Assembly (NCBI GenBank): GCA_051294375.1
Contig: CM119266.1
Coordinates: 21,469,769 to 21,520,855, forward strand
Reading direction: 5' to 3'
DNA length: 51,087 bases
From: Paraspadella gotoi
Lineage: Eukaryota > Animalia > Chaetognatha
Positions 1-13,414 of the stretch are shown in pieces. How positions within the stretch are numbered: the first letter of the stretch is position 1; each line of letters starts with the position of its first letter. A program made the position numbers and the translations under genes. The notes below the pieces were generated by a model. That model searched no databases. It was given only the letters and a program-made list of their open reading frames with translations, and was not told where the DNA came from.

Positions 1-95
1 AAGAGAGAGATATTCGGATCGTTTGAAAAGAACCGTAGGGAGAGCGCGTGACCATGGAAGGACGAAATGGAGGAATGGAAGTAGAGAGGGGGAGG

Positions 96-250
<155 letters not shown>

Positions 251-361
251 AAATTTGAATGTCGCCAGATGCCACGAAGGAAATCAAAGGAGAAACGAAA
301 CAGTTTTTTGGATAAGACGAGATTCGAGAGAAAATCGCAGCGAGGATGCGGAGGGAGAGTC

Positions 362-420
362 GGGGGGCGGGGGGCGGGGGATAAGAGTATAAATTGAGCT
401 AATTCTGTGATGTTTCACTG
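362..420 (+). promoter_or_regulatory. Possible core promoter (GC boxes, TATAAA, Inr-like)
   Basis: Two GGGCGG boxes at 362-380, TATAAA at 388-393 and TTCACT with its A at 417 (29 nt after the TATA start), downstream of a GAGA tract. Motif spacing only; no transcript evidence. Confidence 0.2.
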
Positions 421-700
421 AATTCGTACTTAAGTCTATTGTAACGACTCCAAAAATTCAGCTAAAGAGAAGATTCTCTCAAACTGAACTCGATTTTTTT
501 TTCACGAATTCGGTTTCAATTTTAAAATTCTGTCACACTTGTTTGCTCAGCTCTTAGTGGACCCCCCCCCACCGCGAAACCAATTAGCGCTTCGGAAAAA
601 TGGCAACGACGGGGATTTCCGTTATTTACTTTTCAATTTCATTTTTGACTTTTACGATTGTTTATCGGCGTCGGAAATCCACTGAATCCATTGGGTTCTT

Positions 701-843
701 CACCGGCGCGGCGTCTTCACTCCCTCCCACCCACCGGCGCGGCGTCTTCGCTCCCTCCCACCCTCCGGCGCGGCGTCTTCACTCCCTCCCTCCCTAACTC
801 CCTCCCTCTTCACCGGCGCGGCGTCTTCGCTCCCTCCCACCCA
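701..843. repeat. GC-rich minisatellite, ~31 bp unit, 4 copies
   Basis: Unit CACCGGCGCGGCGTCTTC(A/G)CTCCCTCCCACC at ~701, 732, 763 and 811; a short CT-rich insert precedes the fourth copy. Confidence 0.9.
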
Positions 844-1237
844 CGCGTTCCGCCATAACGAAAAAGTAACGACTCTTCCAATTTGGCTCCCGCCCGAAAA
901 AAATTTTCCCGCTAAAAAATCTCTATTTACGCTCAGATGGAAAAAAAAAGGCGATTCCACGTGGATGGTTTTTTTTTTTTTTTAAATTCCAAACATGAGA
1001 AATTTAGTTCGTTTGAAAAATTACGAAGGCGTTGCGTTGGTTTATCGTCACCCACCTGCTACTCACCGACGCCCAGCAGGCCCACAGTTTACCATCCCTC
1101 CGCAGCGGGTGAGTCCTCGCCCAAATACCCAACCTCGAAGCCCATCCCCCTCTTGGGGCCACCAAACCTCGAAATTGCCTCCGCTGGGGAGTCGAGGGCG
1201 GCGAAGGAAGATGAGCTCGAAATTGAAGTTTTACCCA

Positions 1238-1316
1238 CGACGACGACGACGAAGACGAAAAAACCGACGACGACAATAACGACGACTACGGCGGCGGCGG
1301 CGGCGGCGGCGGCGGC
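1238..1316. repeat. Compound (ACG)n/(GCG)n trinucleotide repeat
   Basis: Interrupted ACG runs followed by about 9 GCG units. Confidence 0.9.
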
Positions 1317-1540
1317 TAGACAAACATGAGTGAGTTTGAATGATGGAAATATGAAAAGAATATGGGGAGAGATTACGCCTTCCTGAAAAGCCGGCGGGAG
1401 TTAGAGTAGGAGAGACGAGACGATTCCATGGGCTTATTTTTATTTTCCGCTTCTCACTTACCATCTTTCTTTCTTTTTTTCCTTACCCGCCAGTCAGTCG
1501 CTACCCCTTACCTCTTTTCATTTTTCGTTCCCCTTTCTCT

Positions 1541-1627
<87 letters not shown>

Positions 1628-2369
1628 CCCTGTCGCGGAATCGAGATATCGGCAAATTTAAAAATTGTTAACGAAAATTCATAGGAGGCACGTTTCTCGA
1701 TGGGTTCCTTGTTAAAAATTTATAAAAAGAAATAAAATATAGCGGGAAATGGGGAGTGTGAAAGTGTGCACTTTGCACTGTGCACAGTGCAAGAGAGCGA
1801 GGTGGTTAATCTTAGCGAAGATGGCGTTCGTGGCGAAGAGGGGGGCGGGGGGCGCGAATCGGATGCTACTGGTTCCATGGAAAATGTCGGCAAACGAGAT
1901 TAAATCCACTCGATAAAACGAATCAGAATTTATAAAAAAAAAAAAAAAATTAAAAATCGACTTTTAATCTAGTTACTTTTTTTTTATCTTTTTGAAAAAG
2001 AAATCCCTTTTGGAATCCATACCATGAACTCTTTTCAAATTGCAATACCGGGAAATTGGTGATAATCAGGAAGGCTGCCGTTGTGAATGTAGTCTGCATT
2101 AAAGTTCAACTTTGCGACTTTTAACTTTTCAATTTTAAAACAGGTTGAATTATTTGAAATTTGATTTAAATAAATAAATAAACAAAATGTAATCGAAAAC
2201 TGACTTGGAACCAAGAACCCACATCACGTCTTGCCTGAAACCAATTTTGACTTGAAGAAAGATGAAGAAAAATGAAAAGATGAGTTAGAAGGAAATCAGA
2301 AAAGATTTGTAACGATCTGGGGAACATGAGAGGAAAAATGGAGAAATTTTCTAGGAGAGAAGAGAGGAG

Positions 2370-2435
<66 letters not shown>

Positions 2436-3470
2436 AGAGAGAAGAGAGAGAGACGGGAGAGAGTAAAGAAAAGACCCTCGTTAAAGTTACCTGAAAAAGC
2501 ATTAAAAAGTGATAGAAGAGACTAGGAGAGAGCGAAAAGTTGCGATTCTCACAAACCGCGAGGCGAGATTACGAGTTTCTCACAAAAACAAATCACGACA
2601 ACCAACGACAATGACGACGACGCAGTCCCAAAATTTTTTTTAGCATAAAATTTGAAAAAGAATTAAAATCGAAAAAAAATTATCACTTGACTAGGATAGA
2701 GGCTGATTGATCTAACAACGTTACAATTTTTTTTAGTTAATTAGTGAAATGAATTCCTCAATTTTTTGCATGTCGGATTTAGTTTTTTGAGAATTTGCCT
2801 GGCTAAGTTTAAGTTAGAATGAAAATAAATTCGTCGCTTTATAAGAAAACATTCTTAACTAAAAACTATCAAAAAAGTTATAAATAAACAATTCCCAATC
2901 TCTCTCTATCCTCTCTCTCTCTCTCTCTCTCTCTCTCCTTCACCGTTTCTGGAATCGATTCTAATCTATTTGCGTCGAGGAACAGAGCGATAATCTCTCA
3001 ACTCGAATAAACCTTTGGCCTCTGGTCCGTCTCCTTACCTTCCATTTCCTTACCTTCTTTCCTCGTTTCCCATTGATCTCGTCTGTTCCCGCCCACCCCC
3101 CCCCACCTTAAACCATTTTATGAAATTTTTCCGCTTCGCTATGTTTCTTAAATTCAATTCTCTCACCGCCAAAACCTCTTCTCTCGAACTTTCCTAATTA
3201 TAATCTTTCTTCAATAATNNNNNNNNNNNNNNNNNNNNNNNNNGCTATTCTTTTTTCCCCGGGATTACGTGCGTCTCTTGTTCGCTTTTTATTCGTCTCG
3301 ACCTCTGTCTTTGTGCATGAAAATTTAACACGCTCGAAATAGAGGGCGAGAGAGTTAAGTCAGACGATAGCGTCTTTTAACCAAAGATTATGGAGACGGA
3401 ACAAAGAAATGGAAGAAGCAACTCCTTGACTTTCCCTATTTCTTATTGGATTGTTTGTGGGCCTCTACTC

Positions 3471-3559
3471 GTCTAAGTATAAGTCTAAGTCTAAGTCTAA
3501 GTCTAAGTCTAAGTCTAAGTCTAAGTCTAAGTCTAAGTCTAAGTCTAAGTCTAAGTCTA
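3471..3559. repeat. (GTCTAA)n / (TTAGAC)n hexamer microsatellite
   Basis: About 14 units, perfect from 3481; degraded in copy 2 (~9136-9211). Confidence 0.95.
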
Positions 3560-6365
3560 CTAATTTTTTGTTCGGTGGTTTTTTGTTCGCTGCCTTTAAA
3601 TGACGTGTAGTCGGACATTGCCTGACGGAGCAAATGAGAATTCCATTCAAATGGTTCAAGTTTATGATAACAACTCCTTTTAAGGAGTCATAAATATATA
3701 TTTTTTTAACAAACCTTTTCTTGGTTTACGTACTTTATATCTCTCACCTTTTCTTTCTTTCTCACCTTCGCAAGTTTTCTTTCTTTTCTATTGCTTTTTT
3801 CCTTCCTTCCTTCGTTTCTTCCATATTGGTTTTTTCGCTCCGTCCTTATCTTTTTCCCATTATCTCTTACCTTCTTTTCCCTTTTCTTTTCTTTATATCT
3901 ATTTTCTTTTTTCCCTCGAAAATCCTCGTCGAGCGTTCATTTGTTTTCCTTTCTTCGAGTTCGTACCATTTCGATCGTGTCGACCTCTATCGCCATTAAT
4001 CGTTCTTGCTCGCTGCTCGAGAGCTATACTTACCAACAGAGGCCGTCAACCGTGGACCTTTTTACGTCCTTTCTCTTTCCCATCAGATTGACGCCCCCCC
4101 CCTTCTTCCCCCCCTCGCTTTCCCTCCCTCGCCCCCCCATCATTTCTTCGCTTTTCTCTAACTCACGTTGTAGGAAATTTCCTTTTTCACTGTCTTGTTT
4201 CTGCTTTCCCCATAAATATTAATAAAAATTAGGAATACATAAAAGTAAAATGTGCATTTTTGACATGACACTTCTGGTCTTTTTCGCGACCTTTTTCAGG
4301 CTAAGCAATCTAAACAAATGATATTGTTTGTAACTCTTCTTTTTTATTATAGTGTTGAAGCTGTGTATTCCATTCACATTGCACAATGGCTTGCGCCGCA
4401 TGGCTAGATGGCGGAGCAGTGTGGTGGCAGCAACACGCGACCTCATGCGATCATCTCTCTCTCCCAATCACTGGCCGATCACGTCGGGCTCACCACGTGT
4501 GTCTTTTTAATAACTGCCACAGCAGCTTCATTCTTATAATAGTAATTAAGAACTCTTTCATTCCCTTAATTGAGCTTCAGGTCTTCTTCTCTTTGATTCC
4601 GGTTGTTGTTTCTCCACCAAACCTGAAACCTCAAAAACGAACGATCTTTCGATATTTACAATGTACAGTATTTTACATTTACAGTATTTAACACTATAAG
4701 TAACACTATATTCTTTAATGACTGTAGTTTTTTCTTCAGTCGACGTTCCTAACTTCGCTGTCTTCACCCCAGTTCATTGTCACTCTATTTCCCGCCATCT
4801 CCGTCGTCACTTTCGCAGTTCCTTGTCATCACTTTTTTTTTGTCATTCGTCAGTCATCATTGTCGTCATCGCCTTCGTTCGTCGTCCTCCACGCCTCGTC
4901 TTTTTTTCGTCGTCGTCGTCGTCGTCGTCTCTGTCGTCGTTCGTCATCGTCGCAATTATCGTCGTCGTCGTCGTCGTCCTCGTTCATCATCGTCACCGTC
5001 AACGTCGAGTCATCGTCGCTTCCAACTGATTCACGGCTGCTGACCCTTTTTTCGTTGTTGTTGTCGTTTGTCGTCGTTGTTGTCGTTCGTTGCGATGTCA
5101 ATGACCCGACGCGGTTTAAGGACTCGTTGGTCTAAACCGAAACATTAAATATTGATTGGAATATAATTGTTGTAAATTAAGTTTTCATAGTTTATAATTT
5201 ATGAACAAAAAAACTTTATCAAACGCTATTCCCAAAAACTCAGCCACTACCACCAATCCAAACTTACCCTCTACCCGCCCCCACCCCCTCAAAACCAACC
5301 GCCTTACCTCTTCTGCGTCTTATTCTTCTCGTTTTTCCGTCTTTCTTTCGCTCGGCTGAATTATTTCTCTAACGCTTGTCGTCGTCGTCGTCGTCGTCGT
5401 CTTCGTCGTCGTCGCGAATTTCTGAGGTAAAATCAAAAGTCGCGCTGATTTTTCCGCTTCGCCCCTCGACTCTCCGGCGAATTGGTCCGAGCCCCGCGCC
5501 AACGCCAAAGACAACGCCAACGTGCCAACGCGTACGCCAATTAAAGCATCAGCTCTAACATCAAAGCAATCGTCAAAAAAGAGGAAAAATTGTTTTACGC
5601 CAATACTAAGTCTTCCAAATGAAACCCCGACTTTTTTTTCCGTTAAAACCCAAACCTCTCACGTCTATATCTATATAATTTAGGTCTTCTCTCTGTCATA
5701 AGCATTTTTTCTGTTTATATCCTGATAGCATATTTTTTCATGGTTTCCCTCCGCGTTACATCAACACTATTCACCGTTTGTCAAAAAAAAAAAGGTATTT
5801 TTTTTACCTTCGTTCGAGAAACGCGATTCGCAATAAATCATTTGAGAATCCGTCCCGCTATTTATTAGGGACGGGGAAAACAAAGTCGGTGCCAATCGTG
5901 GCCATCGCTGTCGTCGTTCGTTACCATAGCGACAACTAAAACAACGTATACATATCCAACAAATCAAGTTGGGTTGTCCTTTTAACCGTTTTTACATTTC
6001 GCATTTACATTTCCGATGAGTTTATGAAGAAAATTGATTTAATAAAAGTAGGGGTATATTGAAAATACGGTTGTGAGAGACAACCCTGTATTTTATCTTT
6101 TGTGGCTTCGTCGTCATAACCCGCTGTTTTCTTTCCTTTTGACTAAAGGGCGTTAAAAATTTTGTTTTCTTTGTTGCACCCATTGTTATCGTCGTCGTCG
6201 TCGTCGTCGTCCTCTCGTCTTTTTATCTGCGTCATTTTTCCATTTTCTGGCGGTTTTTTTTTTTGTTTTTTTTTTTTTTTTTTTTGGTAGGAAGGAGAAG
6301 ACGTTAAAGGGTGATTTGAGGAGAGTGAGAGAGTAAAAGAAGAGAGAGAGAAGGAGAGAGAAGAG

Positions 6366-6418
<53 letters not shown>

Positions 6419-7373
6419 GGGGAGGAGAGAGAGGAGAGGAAGGAGAGAGGAGTTTTCGCTAATCGTTCGAGATTCATAATTTTTTTCTCTCTAAATGCAA
6501 TTATTTACCCGCGTTTTTTTCTCTTTTCCCCACGAATTCGCTAGGGAAATATTCAATTTTAAAATTTGAATTCCAAATATTGCGCAAAAAGAGAAAATAC
6601 TTTTTTTCGTCGGTTTATTTTTTTAATCCTAATAATAAAAAATAGGGGAAAAAAATCTAAAACTGAATAAAAATTTTACTTTAATTCTGTTTGCAAAATG
6701 CAAATAGAAAAAGAGGATGGTTATCAGCCCTCTTGCCACTCTCGTTATCAACTCTCTCGCGCGTTACCATCTCTCTCTCTCTCTCTCCTCCTTCTTCTCT
6801 CTCTCTCTCTCAACCCGCTTTGACGATTTTTGATACGTCCGTTATTAAAAACGGCCCCGTACGTTTTTTCAGCTCTTTTCCTTTTTTTTTAACTTTTGAG
6901 TGGAAATACTCGAGCCGTCGAGCCCTCTGGGGGCGAATGAAAATCCGTCTTTTTCTCATTTCATATTATCTCTTTTTTTTAATATTGAAAGGACCTTTTA
7001 ATCTTATCATTTTGTTTAAATTTTAAACAAAATATCGAAGGTGTTTAAAAATTGGTGACCGAATTCCCGTTGAGAGGTTCAGTTTTTTTTTTAAATTGAA
7101 ATGAGTATAAAATCTGTCGAGAGAGACTGAGAAAGACAGAGAGACTGTGCCAGTTCCGAGCCAAAATAAAAAAGTGGCAAAACCCGGGAGTTTTTAACTC
7201 AGGGGAACGAAAAGCGAAGTGACGGATGATTGCTCGGGTAGAGGCATGACACTAGGGTGAGTCAGTGTGACATAACGATGTTCATATTTCCATTGGAAAT
7301 GAGATGTAATGCAATATCAACCGATTTTACGTGATTATGATGCCAGTGATTACTGCAAAGAATAAATAAAAAA

Positions 7374-7380
7374 TGATGAA

Positions 7381-7452
<72 letters not shown>

Positions 7453-7519
7453 GATAATGGTGATGATGTTGATGATGCTCTTGATGATGTTGATGATACT
7501 GATGATGATGACGATGATG
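7374..7519. repeat. (GAT)n microsatellite
   Basis: Long GAT run with a degenerate tail; noisy duplicate at ~12968-13107. Confidence 0.95.
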
Positions 7520-7735
7520 AACAACACCGGTTCCACGTAAGCTTCCTCAGTCTTCCGCGCTCTTCGCCTCCAGCAAAAAACTTCCTATGCTAGAAACATC
7601 GAGATTTATGTCTTTTCCTAAAACGTCTCTCTCTCTCTCTCTTCTCTCTCTTTCTCTCTCTCTCTCTCTCCTCTCTTCTTGCACTGAAAATTAATATTTG
7701 GCTTAAGAAAAAAAATTATATGAGAGAGAGAAGAC

Positions 7736-7772
<37 letters not shown>

Positions 7773-8291
7773 ACGAACAACGCATTTCGAAGTGAAATTC
7801 ACAAACGACCATTCACAATATCCGTGGCTTTCCAGTTCCAAGAGGCGAGGGCGAAGATCGATCATCGGGAAAAGCCAATGGGATCAGTGATAATTATCAC
7901 TTCTGTTCTAATCGTTTGTAGAGATAATTTTCAGACGAATTGGATGCATGTTAGGATTAGATAGATGAAGGATACATGGAAGGCTAAAATGGATTGACGA
8001 ATGAAAGGATCGGTTGATGGACAGATGTATTAAGAGACGGATTAATCATAAGTCGGTCTCTCCGTCTGTACGTCATCTGTAACGATAATTACAAATTAAC
8101 ATTCAATTCCTTCGGTATTTAATCTGCTCTTATCCATTTAACATCCTGAACAAAAAAACAATTAATGAACATTATTACTCCGACATTTTATCCGACTCCC
8201 TCCGACCTTCCCGCCAACGCTCCCTCCGACCTTCCCTCCGACACTCCTTCCGTAGTCGGGCATTGCATAAGTTCACCCCGCCTATAAGCAT

Positions 8292-11200
8292 CAGTCCCAA
8301 AATTTTTTTTAGCATAAAATTTGAAAAAGAATTAAAATCGAAAAAAAATTATCACTTGACTAGGATAGAGGCTGATTGATCTAACAACGTTACAATTTTT
8401 TTTAGTTAATTAGTGAAATGAATTCCTCAATTTTTTGCATGTCGGATTTAGTTTTTTGAGAATTTGCCTGGCTAAGTTTAAGTTAGAATGAAAATAAATT
8501 CGTCGCTTTATAAGAAAACATTCTTAACTAAAAACTATCAAAAAAGTTATAAATAAACAATTCCCAATCTCTCTCATCCTCTCTCTCTCTCTCACTCTCT
8601 CAATCTCCTTCAAACCGTCTTCTGGAATATCGAATTCTAATCTATTTGCGATCGAAGGAAACAGAAGCGATAAACTCTCAACTCGAAAATAAAACCTATT
8701 GCCTCTGGTCGTCCCCTTAACCTTCCATTTCCTTAACCTTCTACCTCTGTTTCATGCAATCTCGTCTGACGCCGACCACCCCTCCACCTTAAACCATTTT
8801 ATGAAATTTTTCCGCTTCGCTATGTTTCTTAAATTCAATTCTCTCACCGCCAAAACCTCTTCTCTCGAACTTTCCTAATTATAATCTTTCTTCAATAATG
8901 CTATTCTTACCGGATTACGTGCGTCTCTTGTTCGCTATTTTATTCGTCCGACCTCTGTTTGAGTGCATCGAAAATTTAAACACGCTCGAAAAAGAGGCGA
9001 GAGAGTTAAGTCAGACGATGCGTCTTTTAAACCAAGATTATGGAGAACGAACAAAGAAAATGAATAATCAACTCCTTGAACTTCCTATTTCTTATTGATG
9101 TTTTGGGCCTTCTACTCGTCTATATGTTATAATTAGTCTAAGTCTAAGTCAAGTCTAAACGCTATAGTCTATTCAGTTCTTAAGCATAAGCTCTATCCTA
9201 ATCTAAGTCTACTAATTTTGTTCGGTGGTTTGTTCGCTGCCTTTAAATGACGTGTAGCCGGACATTGCCTGACGAGCAAATGAAATTCCATTCAAAATGA
9301 TTCAAGTTTATGATAACACTCCTTTTAAGGATCATAAATATATTTTTTTAAAACCTTTTCTTGTTTACGTACTTTATAATTCTCACCTTTTCTTTCTTTC
9401 CTCACCCTTCGCAAGTTTTCTTTCTTCTATGCTTTTTTCCTTCCTCCTTCGTTCTTCCGATATGGGTTTTTCGCTCCGTCCTTTATCTTTTTCCCTATTC
9501 ATCTCTTACCTTCTTTCCCTTTTTCTTTTCTTTAATCTATTTTCTTTTTTCCCTCGAAAATCCGTCGAGCGATTCATATTGTCCTTTTCGAGTTCGTACC
9601 ATTTCGTCGTGTCGACCTCTATCGGCCATTAATCGTTCTTGCTCGCTGCTCGAGAGTATACTTAACCAAACAGAGCCGTCAACGTGGACCTTTTTACGTC
9701 CTTTCTTTTCCCATCAGATTGACGCCCCCCCCTTCTTCCCCCCCTCGCTTCCCCCCTCGCCCCCCCATCATTTCTTCGCTTTTCTCTAACTCACGTTGTA
9801 GAAATTTCCTTTTTCACTGTCTGTTTCTGCATTTCCCCATAAATATTAATAAAAATTAGGAATACATAAAAGTAAAATGTGCCATTTTGACCATGACACT
9901 TTTTCTGGTCCTTTTTTTTTTCGCGACTTTTTCAGGCTAAGCAATCTAAAACAAATGATATTTTTGTAACTCTTCTTTTTATTTAGTGTGAAGCTGTGTA
10001 TTCCATCACATTGGGCACAATGGCTTGCGCCGCATGGCTAGAATGGCGGAGCAGTGTGGTGGCAGCAACACGCGACCTCATTGCGATCATCCTCTCTCTC
10101 CCCAATCACTGGCCGATCACGTCGGGCGCACACACGGTGTCTTTTTAATAACTGCCACAGCAGCTTCATTCTTATAATATAATTAAGAACTCTTTCTTCC
10201 CTTAATGAGCTTCGGTCTTCTTCCTTTGATTACCGGTTGTTGTTTCTCCACCAAACTGAAACCTCAAAACGAAACGATCTTCCGAATTTACAATTACAGT
10301 ATTTTACATTACCGTATTAAACACTATAATAACACTATATCTTTAATATGTATTTTTCTTCAGTCGACGTCCTAACTTCGCTGTCTTCACCCCAGTTCAT
10401 TGTCACTCTATTTTCCCGCCATCTCCGTCGTCACTTTCGCAGTTCCTTGTCATCACTTTTTTTTGTCATTCCAGTCATCATTGTCGTCATCGCCTTGTCG
10501 TCGTCCTCCACGCTCGTCTTTTTTTCGTCGTCGTCGTCGTCGTACGTCTCGTCGTCGTTCGTCATCGTGCAATTATCGTCGTCGTCGTGTCGTCCTCGTC
10601 TTCAACATCGTCACCGTCAACGTCGAGTTCATCGTCGCTTCCAACTGATCACGGGCTGCTGACCTTTTTTCGTGTGTGTCGTTTGTCGTGTGTTGTCGTC
10701 GTTGCGATGTCAATGACCGACGCCGTTTAAGGATGTTGGTCTAAACCGAAACATAAATATTGATTGGAATTATAATTGTTGTAAATTAATTTCAAAGTTT
10801 AAAAATTTATTGAACCAAAAAAACTTTATCAAACGCTATTCCCAACAAAACTCAGCCACTACCACCAATCCAACTACCTCATCACCCGCCCCCACCCCCT
10901 CCAAAACCAACGCCTTAACCTCTTCTGGTCTTATTCTTCTCGTTTTTCCGTCTTCTTTCCGCTCGGCTGAATTATTTCTCTAACGCTTGTCGTCGTCGTC
11001 GTCGTCCGCGTCGTCGTCGTCTTCTCCGTCGTCGCGAATTTCTGAGGTAAATCAAAAGCCGCGCTGATTTTTCCGCCTTCGCCCTCGACTCCTCCGCGAA
11101 TTGGTCCGAGCCCCGCGCAACGCCAAGACAACGCCAACGTGCCAACGCGTACGCCAATTAAGCATCGCTCTAACATCAAAGCAATCGTCAAAAAGAGGAA

Positions 11201-11935
11201 AAATTGTTTTACGGCCAATACTAAGTCTTCCAAATGAAAACCCCGACTTTTTTTCCGTAAAACCCAACCTCTCACGTCTATATCTATATAATTTAGGTCT
11301 CTCCTGTCATAGCATTTTTCTGTTTATATCTGATAGCATATTTTTTCATTGGTTTTCCCTCCGCGTTTACATCAACACTATTACCGTTTGTCAAAAAAAA
11401 AAAAAAAGGTATTTTTTTACCTTCGTTCGAGAACGCGATTCGCCAATAATCATTTGAGAATCGTCCCGCTATTATAGGGACGGGGAAAACAAAGTCGGTG
11501 CCAATCGGTGGCATCGCTGTTCTCGTTCGTTACATAGGCCGACAACTAAAAACATAGTAATACATATCCAAACAAATCAAGTGGGTTGTCCTTTTAACCG
11601 TTTTACATTTCGCATTTACATTTCCGATGAGTTCATGAGAAAATTGATTTAATAAAAAGTAGGGGTATATGAAAATACGGTTGTGAAAGACAACCCTGTA
11701 TTTATCTTTTGTGGCTTCGTCGTCATAACCCGCTGTTTTCTTCCTTTGACTAAAGGGCGTTAAAAATTTGTTTTCTTTGTGCACCATTGTATCGTCGTCG
11801 TGTCTCGTCGTCGCTTTTTATCTGCGTCATTTTCCCATTTTCTGGCGGTTTTTTTTTTTTTTTTGGTTTGTTTTTTTTTATTGGTAGGAAGGAGAAGACG
11901 TTAAAGGCGTGATTTGAGGAGAGTGAGAGAGTAAA

Positions 11936-11982
<47 letters not shown>

Positions 11983-12325
11983 AGAGAGTGAGAGAGAAAA
12001 GAAGAGAGAGTTTTCGCTAATCGTTCGAGATCATAATTTTCTCTCTAAATGCAATTATTACCCGCGTTTTTTCTCTTTTCCCCACGAATTCGCTAGGGAA
12101 ATATTCAATTTTAAATTGATTCCAAATATTGCGCAAAAAGAAAAATACTTTTTTTCGTCGGTTTATTTTTTTAATCCTAATAATAAAAAAATAGGGGAAA
12201 AAAATCTAAAACTGAAAAAAATTTACTTAATTCTGTTTGCAAAATGCAAATAAAAAAAGAATGGTTATCACCTCTTGCACCTCGTTATCAACTCTCTCGC
12301 GCGTTAAAACCATCTCTTCTCTCTC

Positions 12326-12402
<77 letters not shown>

Positions 12403-13344
12403 AACCCGCTTTGACGATTTTTGGATACGTCCGTTATTAAAAACGGCCCGTAACGTTTTTTCAGCTCTTTTCCTTATTTTTAAACTTTTGAGTGGACATA
12501 CTCAGCCCGTCGAGCCCTCTGGGGCGAATGAAAATCCGTCTTTTCTCATTTATATTATCTCTTTTTTTTAATATTGATAAGGACCTTTTAATCTTAACAT
12601 TTGTTTAAAAATTTTAAAACCAAATATCGAAGGTGTTTTAAAAATGGTGACCGAATTCCCGTTGAGAGGTTCAGTTTTTTTTTTTTAATTGAAATGAGTA
12701 TAAAATCTGTCGAGAGAGACTGAGAAAGACAGAGAAATGTGCCAGTTCCGAGCCAAAATAAAAAAGTGGCAAAAACGGGAGTTTTTTAACTCAGGGGAAC
12801 GAAAAAGCGAAGTGACGAGAGATTGCTCGGGTAGGGCATGACAGCGAGGGTGAGTCAGTGTGACATAACGATGTTCATATTTCCATTGGAAAATGAGATT
12901 GTAATGCAATATCAACCCGATTTTACGTGATTATGATGCAGTGATACTGCAAAGAATAAATAAAAATGATGAAGATGATGATGATGATGATGATGATATG
13001 ATAATGATGATGATGAGATGATGATGATGGTGATGATATGATGATAAGGTGGTGATGTTGAATGATCTCTTGATGATGTTGATGATACTGATGATGATAC
13101 GATGATGAACAACACCGGTTCCACGAAGCTTCCTCAGTCTTCCGCGCTCTTCGCCTCCAGCAAAAAAACTTCTTGAAGAAACATCGAGATTATTCTTTTC
13201 CTAAACGTCTCTCTCTCCTCTCTCTCTCTCTCTTCTCTCTCTATTCTCTCTCTCTCTCTTCTCTCTTCTCTCCTCTCTCCTTTCTCTCTCTCTCTCTCTC
13301 TCTCTCTGGCACTGAATTATATTTTGCTAAGAAAAAAATTATAT

Positions 13345-13414
<70 letters not shown>

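Larger units (their letters stand above)
2623..8291 (+). repeat. Tandem duplication A, copy 1 (~5.67 kb)
   Basis: Begins CAGTCCCAAAATTTTTTTTAGCATAAAA; the same sequence restarts at 8292 and stays colinear through to AAGCATCAG. Confidence 0.95.

Noticed and set aside
5108-5319. Possible third TIR element (GACGCG..TAAGG..GTTGGT ends, C/A-rich core)
   Set aside because: The inverted match is too gapped and does not align with the GGGC MITE termini.
5873-5887. Exact 15-mer GGGGAAAACAAAGTC shared with 24464-24478
   Set aside because: About one such match is expected by chance in this much sequence, and the flanks do not align.
8898-9098. 66 aa ORF with a coiled-coil-like translation
   Set aside because: Lies in the noisiest part of duplication A; the frame is not preserved in copy 1 (3244-3450) and there are no clear splice signals.
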